NCBI GenBank assembly: GCA_002385465.1
Contig: DGDN01000111.1
Location: 12,601 to 70,951 of the forward strand
Direction of reading: 5' to 3'
DNA: 58,351 nucleotides
Origin: Candidatus Fermentithermobacillaceae bacterium UBA3951
Lineage (GTDB): Bacteria > Bacillota > Sulfobacillia > Fermentithermobacillales > Fermentithermobacillaceae
The position numbers and the translations under genes were made by a program. Positions 55,015 through 58,351 of the stretch are shown here, piece after piece. Position 1 is the first letter of the stretch; every line of letters begins with the position of its first letter. Under the pieces are notes generated by a model that saw only the letters and a list, made by a program, of their open reading frames with translations, did no database searches and had not been told where the DNA came from.

Positions 55015-56049
55015 GTGCAGTGGCTGTTTAACTACCTCAGCAAGGACATCGGCATCGACCTGGGTACGGCAAATACTCTGGTCCATGTCCGGGGTAAGGG
55101 AATAGTCCTCATGGAGCCTTCGGTTGTCGCCATAAACGCCGACACCAAGGAAGTGCTGGCGGTGGGGACAGAGGCCAAGCAGATGATTGGCCGCACACCG
55201 GGCAACATCATTGCCGTCCGGCCGATGAAGGACGGAGTTATTGCAGATTTCGACATTACCCAGGCCATGATGCGCTACTTCATCCGCAAGGCCTACAGGC
55301 GCCGCATCCTTAAGCCGTTTGTCCTTGTCGCCGTACCCTCGGGCTGCACTGAGGTAGAGCGAAGGGCCGTGATCGACGCCGCCGAGTCGGCCGGAGCAAG
55401 AGATGCCGAAACCGTGTGGGAACCCATGGCCTCAGCCGTCGGCGCCGGACTCCCCGTAAATGAGCCTACCGGAAATATGGTGGTGGATATAGGCGGGGGA
55501 ACGTGCGAAGTGGCGGTCATATCCTTGGAAGGGATTGTGGCTTCGAGGTCTATACGGGTCGCCGGGGATGAGATGGACGAAGCCGTTGTGAACTACGTAA
55601 AACGCGCTTACAACCTGCTTATCGGCGAGCGGACGGCGGAGGAAGTGAAGATAACCATAGGTTCGGCGTACGAGCTCGATGAAGAGCAGACCATGGAGAT
55701 AAGAGGCCGTGACCTGGTAACCGGGCTTCCCAGGACCATCACGGTGGACTCCAGGGAGATCAGAAAAGCCCTTTCCGAGCCAGTGGGGAACATCATTGAT
55801 GCCATAAAGGAGACGCTCGAGCGCACTCCTCCCGAACTTGCCGCAGATATCATGGACCGGGGAATTGTGATGACGGGTGGCGGTTCGCTTCTAAAGGGCC
55901 TGGATAGGCTCGTGAGTCAAGAAACCGGAATGCCCGTACATATCATCGATGATCCCCTTTCGGCGGTCGCAAGGGGTACCGGCCTGATGCTCGAGGACCC
56001 CGACAAGCTCAGGAAAGTGCTGGCGTCATCAAGAAGATCTAAACAATAA
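55015..56049 (+). CDS. mreB: Rod-shape-determining actin homologue MreB
   Basis: [26 protein letters not shown] and [12 protein letters not shown] 55015 lies 7 nt after GGGAGAG; the ORF is open from 54988. Confidence 0.93.
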   Translation: MQWLFNYLSKDIGIDLGTANTLVHVRGKGIVLMEPSVVAINADTKEVLAVGTEAKQMIGRTPGNIIAVRPMKDGVIADFDITQAMMRYFIRKAYRRRILKPFVLVAVPSGCTEVERRAVIDAAESAGARDAETVWEPMASAVGAGLPVNEPTGNMVVDIGGGTCEVAVISLEGIVASRSIRVAGDEMDEAVVNYVKRAYNLLIGERTAEEVKITIGSAYELDEEQTMEIRGRDLVTGLPRTITVDSREIRKALSEPVGNIIDAIKETLERTPPELAADIMDRGIVMTGGGSLLKGLDRLVSQETGMPVHIIDDPLSAVARGTGLMLEDPDKLRKVLASSRRSKQ

Positions 56050-56061
56050 GAGGGGAATACC

Positions 56062-56874
56062 GTGAGGCGGCGCTTTCAGTACAAGAAGATGATCATCTTG
56101 GCTGTCTTGGTTGCTGCCTCGGTAGCACTCATGAATGTGACCGGGAAGCCTCAGAATGGCCCTTCGTTCTGGGGTTCTTTGTTTCAGAAGGCGTCCAAGC
56201 CCGTATCTTCGGCCTATTTGGCCGTAAAGGACAGGTTTCAGTCCCTCAAGGTTGCCTTTGCCGATAAAGAAGCCCTTATCCGCAAGAACGAGGAGCTTGA
56301 AGCCAACCTCCGGCAGCTCCGGGGGCTGGAGTCCAAGATTCAAGAGGTTGAAGCCGAGAACAAACGCTTGCGAGACCTATTGGGCTTTCAAGAGAATGCA
56401 CCGGGTGATTACCTGGTGGCAGAAGTATTCGGCCGAGACCCCAGCAAGTGGTTCTCATCGGTGTCCATCGCTGCAGGCAGTGAGCAAGGCATTGAGCCGG
56501 ACGCGGCGGTGGTCTGCCAGGCCGGCCTCGTGGGGCGCATTCTCTCGGTAGGAGACAACCTATCTACCGTCCTCCTTTTGACAGACCCTGAAAGCGGTGT
56601 CGGTGCCGTTGTGCAGCGGTCGAGGGACCTCGGCGTCGTGTTGGGCGGAGGAGGGCCGGAGTCACTTACGGCCCGGTTCTTCTCCAAAGATGCCGACGTG
56701 CAAGTTGGAGACCTTATAGTCACCTCGGGAATGGGCAGCAAGTTTCCGGAAGGGCTCCTAATAGGCGAAGTGGTGTCCGTGAGGACCCCCCAGCCGGGAT
56801 TGGTCAAGGAAGCGATAGTCAGGCCGTCGGTAGATTTCGAGCACCTTGAAGAAGTCATGGTGGTTGGAAGATGA
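56062..56874 (+). CDS. mreC: Rod-shape-determining protein MreC
   Basis: N-terminal TM, a coiled coil (NEELEANLRQLRGLESKIQEVEAENKRLRDLL), and a beta-barrel C-terminus with TSGMGSKFPEGLLIG. Confidence 0.9.
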   Translation: MRRRFQYKKMIILAVLVAASVALMNVTGKPQNGPSFWGSLFQKASKPVSSAYLAVKDRFQSLKVAFADKEALIRKNEELEANLRQLRGLESKIQEVEAENKRLRDLLGFQENAPGDYLVAEVFGRDPSKWFSSVSIAAGSEQGIEPDAAVVCQAGLVGRILSVGDNLSTVLLLTDPESGVGAVVQRSRDLGVVLGGGGPESLTARFFSKDADVQVGDLIVTSGMGSKFPEGLLIGEVVSVRTPQPGLVKEAIVRPSVDFEHLEEVMVVGR

Positions 56875-57404
56875 ACCCGCGCGATGGCTCGGTAATAACG
56901 ATTGCGCTCATCCTTGCCCCTTTGGCAAAGCTCATTGAGTTTGTCGCCGGCCCCGCGGTAGGCGGGCCGGACATACTGGCTGGTCTTTCGGTTTGCGTCG
57001 GGTGGCTCTGCGATATGTGGTATGCTCTCCCTGCCGGTTTCGTCCTGGGGCTTATTGAGGATGTGGTGACGGCCAGATGTCTCGGCTCAAGGGCTATAGC
57101 CCTCGCGCTGGCATCTTTGGTTGCCGCAGGCATAAGGAGCATACTGAACCCTGACAGCTTATCCTCGAAAATGCTTGCCGCTCTGTGTGGGACCACTCTC
57201 GCAGACTATGTCACATGGGGGATTTTGGCTTCAAGGGGCATCCGCATTGCCGCTCCATACTTCTTTAGGTCAATCTGGATACCCTCTGCTCTATGGTCTC
57301 TTGCTCTCATCGGACCTTTGCACTTCTCGGTGAGACGGATGGCCCTTTTGGCCGGGACCGTGTGGCCGCCTCCGGGCCGGAAGGGCAGGGAAACGGCTCT
57401 ATGA
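56871..57404 (+). CDS. mreD: Rod-shape-determining protein MreD
   Basis: 177-aa polytopic membrane ORF, ATGA-coupled to mreC, in the canonical position. Confidence 0.8.
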   Translation: MNPRDGSVITIALILAPLAKLIEFVAGPAVGGPDILAGLSVCVGWLCDMWYALPAGFVLGLIEDVVTARCLGSRAIALALASLVAAGIRSILNPDSLSSKMLAALCGTTLADYVTWGILASRGIRIAAPYFFRSIWIPSALWSLALIGPLHFSVRRMALLAGTVWPPPGRKGRETAL

Positions 57405-58351
57405 AGAGAGAGACCAACATCACCCCGGAGACAAGCGACAGCCTGGCTCCAGCACTACTTAAGAGCCGAAAAGAAGCGGTGACCATAGGTCTCATACTGA
57501 TCTTCCTGGCCCTTGCGTCCAGGATGTTCTACCTCCAGATAATAAGGGGAGAAGTCTACAGTGTGATGTCCCATCAGAACCGGACTCGGATCACCAGTAT
57601 TCCGGCTCCGAGGGGCAACATACTCGATAGAAACGGAGACACGCTGGTCACCTCTCGCCCATCCTTTTCGGTGTATTATTGGTATACCGATGAAGCCGAT
57701 GCGGAGAAGACACTCCCTCACCTGGCCTCAATTCTGGGAATGGATATGGAGGATATTGAGAAGAGGCTCCTCCAATACCGGGGCAGGTATTTCGAGCCCG
57801 TCCCCATCGCCAAGGACATAACGCCCGAACAATACACGGCCATAGTCGAAGACGCTCCCTTGTTGCGAGGCGTTTTCATTGAGCCCGAGCCAATCCGCTA
57901 CTACCCGGGAGGTAGCCTTATGTCCCCTATCCTGGGATACGTTGGTGAAATATCCGAGAGAGAACTGGCGGAACTGAAGGACGAGGGCTACACCATCGGC
58001 GACATCATAGGCAAGCAAGGGCTGGAATCTTACTACGAAGCGGTCTTGCGAGGTGTGGATGGAGGCTACCAGGTTGAGGTTGACTACCTCATGAGGCCAA
58101 CGGGCAATAAAGGCCCCGGTATCGACCCCCGTCCCGGCAGCGATATAAAGCTGAACATAGATCTCAACCTGCAACGGGCAGCCGAGGACGCTGTGCGGGC
58201 CGCAATGGAGAAATACCCGACCGCCAAGGGCGGGGCGGTCGTAGTGCTCGATGTGAAGACCGGAGGGGTACTGGCTATAGTCTCTGCCCCCGGCTTTGAC
58301 CCTAACAAGCTGGTCTCCGGCATCAGCCAGCGGGATCTCTTATACACATCT
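57401..58351 (+). CDS. mrdA: Penicillin-binding protein 2 (elongasome transpeptidase), 5' part; runs off the window
   Basis: ATGA overlap with mreD. My own translation gives TM anchor, RMFYLQIIRGEVY, RGNILDRNGDTLV and GGAVVVLDVKTGGVLAIVSAPGFDPN. It stays open in frame to 58351. Confidence 0.88.
   Translation, partial: MKRETNITPETSDSLAPALLKSRKEAVTIGLILIFLALASRMFYLQIIRGEVYSVMSHQNRTRITSIPAPRGNILDRNGDTLVTSRPSFSVYYWYTDEADAEKTLPHLASILGMDMEDIEKRLLQYRGRYFEPVPIAKDITPEQYTAIVEDAPLLRGVFIEPEPIRYYPGGSLMSPILGYVGEISERELAELKDEGYTIGDIIGKQGLESYYEAVLRGVDGGYQVEVDYLMRPTGNKGPGIDPRPGSDIKLNIDLNLQRAAEDAVRAAMEKYPTAKGGAVVVLDVKTGGVLAIVSAPGFDPNKLVSGISQRDLLYTS

Noticed and set aside
1-58351. Mobile elements, prophage, defence islands, rRNA/tRNA genes
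   Set aside because: I found no transposase, integrase, recombinase, restriction-modification, Cas, abortive-infection or phage structural signatures in any ORF-track translation. There are no long inverted terminal repeats, and no gap is large enough (maximum about 300 nt) to hide an rRNA or large ncRNA. The only toxin-antitoxin is the conserved chromosomal EndoA locus.

Overview
The window is a densely packed, GC-rich chromosomal segment. It looks like core genome of an anaerobic Firmicutes/Clostridia-type bacterium. Supporting this are an EndoA-type mazEF after acpS, a DUF4321-maf-radC-mreBCD-mrdA block, an SH3b-amidase and an Rnf complex. I call about 55 CDS and see no rRNA, tRNA, CRISPR array, transposase, integrase or recognisable defence genes. 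Content from left to right: tldD-pmbA (minus strand), fused ftcD, trkAH, pepF, two CNNM/CorC transporters, nhaC-like antiporter, 2-hydroxyacid dehydrogenase, M20 peptidase, acpS-nnr-mazEF. Then a dcyD-like / C26 gamma-glutamyl hydrolase / DmpA trio, an uncharacterised operon around an orphan MutL/GlmL-like ATPase, a Cys-motif protein overlapping a family-4 UDG, and tsaE-tsaB-rimI, antisense pyrF, tsaD. Next come a radical-SAM/PDZ/DUF512 protein, three tandem M42 aminopeptidases plus a second tldD-pmbA, a polysaccharide deacetylase, a large SH3b amidase, iscR-iscS-iscU, a TPR protein, a P-loop/Asp23 fusion, rpoN, rnfCDEAB and the cell-shape cluster. Most of this is ordinary housekeeping. The items most worth follow-up are: (1) a near-consensus sigma-54 -24/-12 promoter between rpoN and rnfC; (2) an rnf operon with no rnfG; (3) the orphan MutL-like operon at 21.9-26.3 kb; (4) the P-loop-Asp23 fusion; (5) the co-directional M42x3-tldD-pmbA peptidase operon. 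All functional calls rest on motif recognition by eye. No database search was run.
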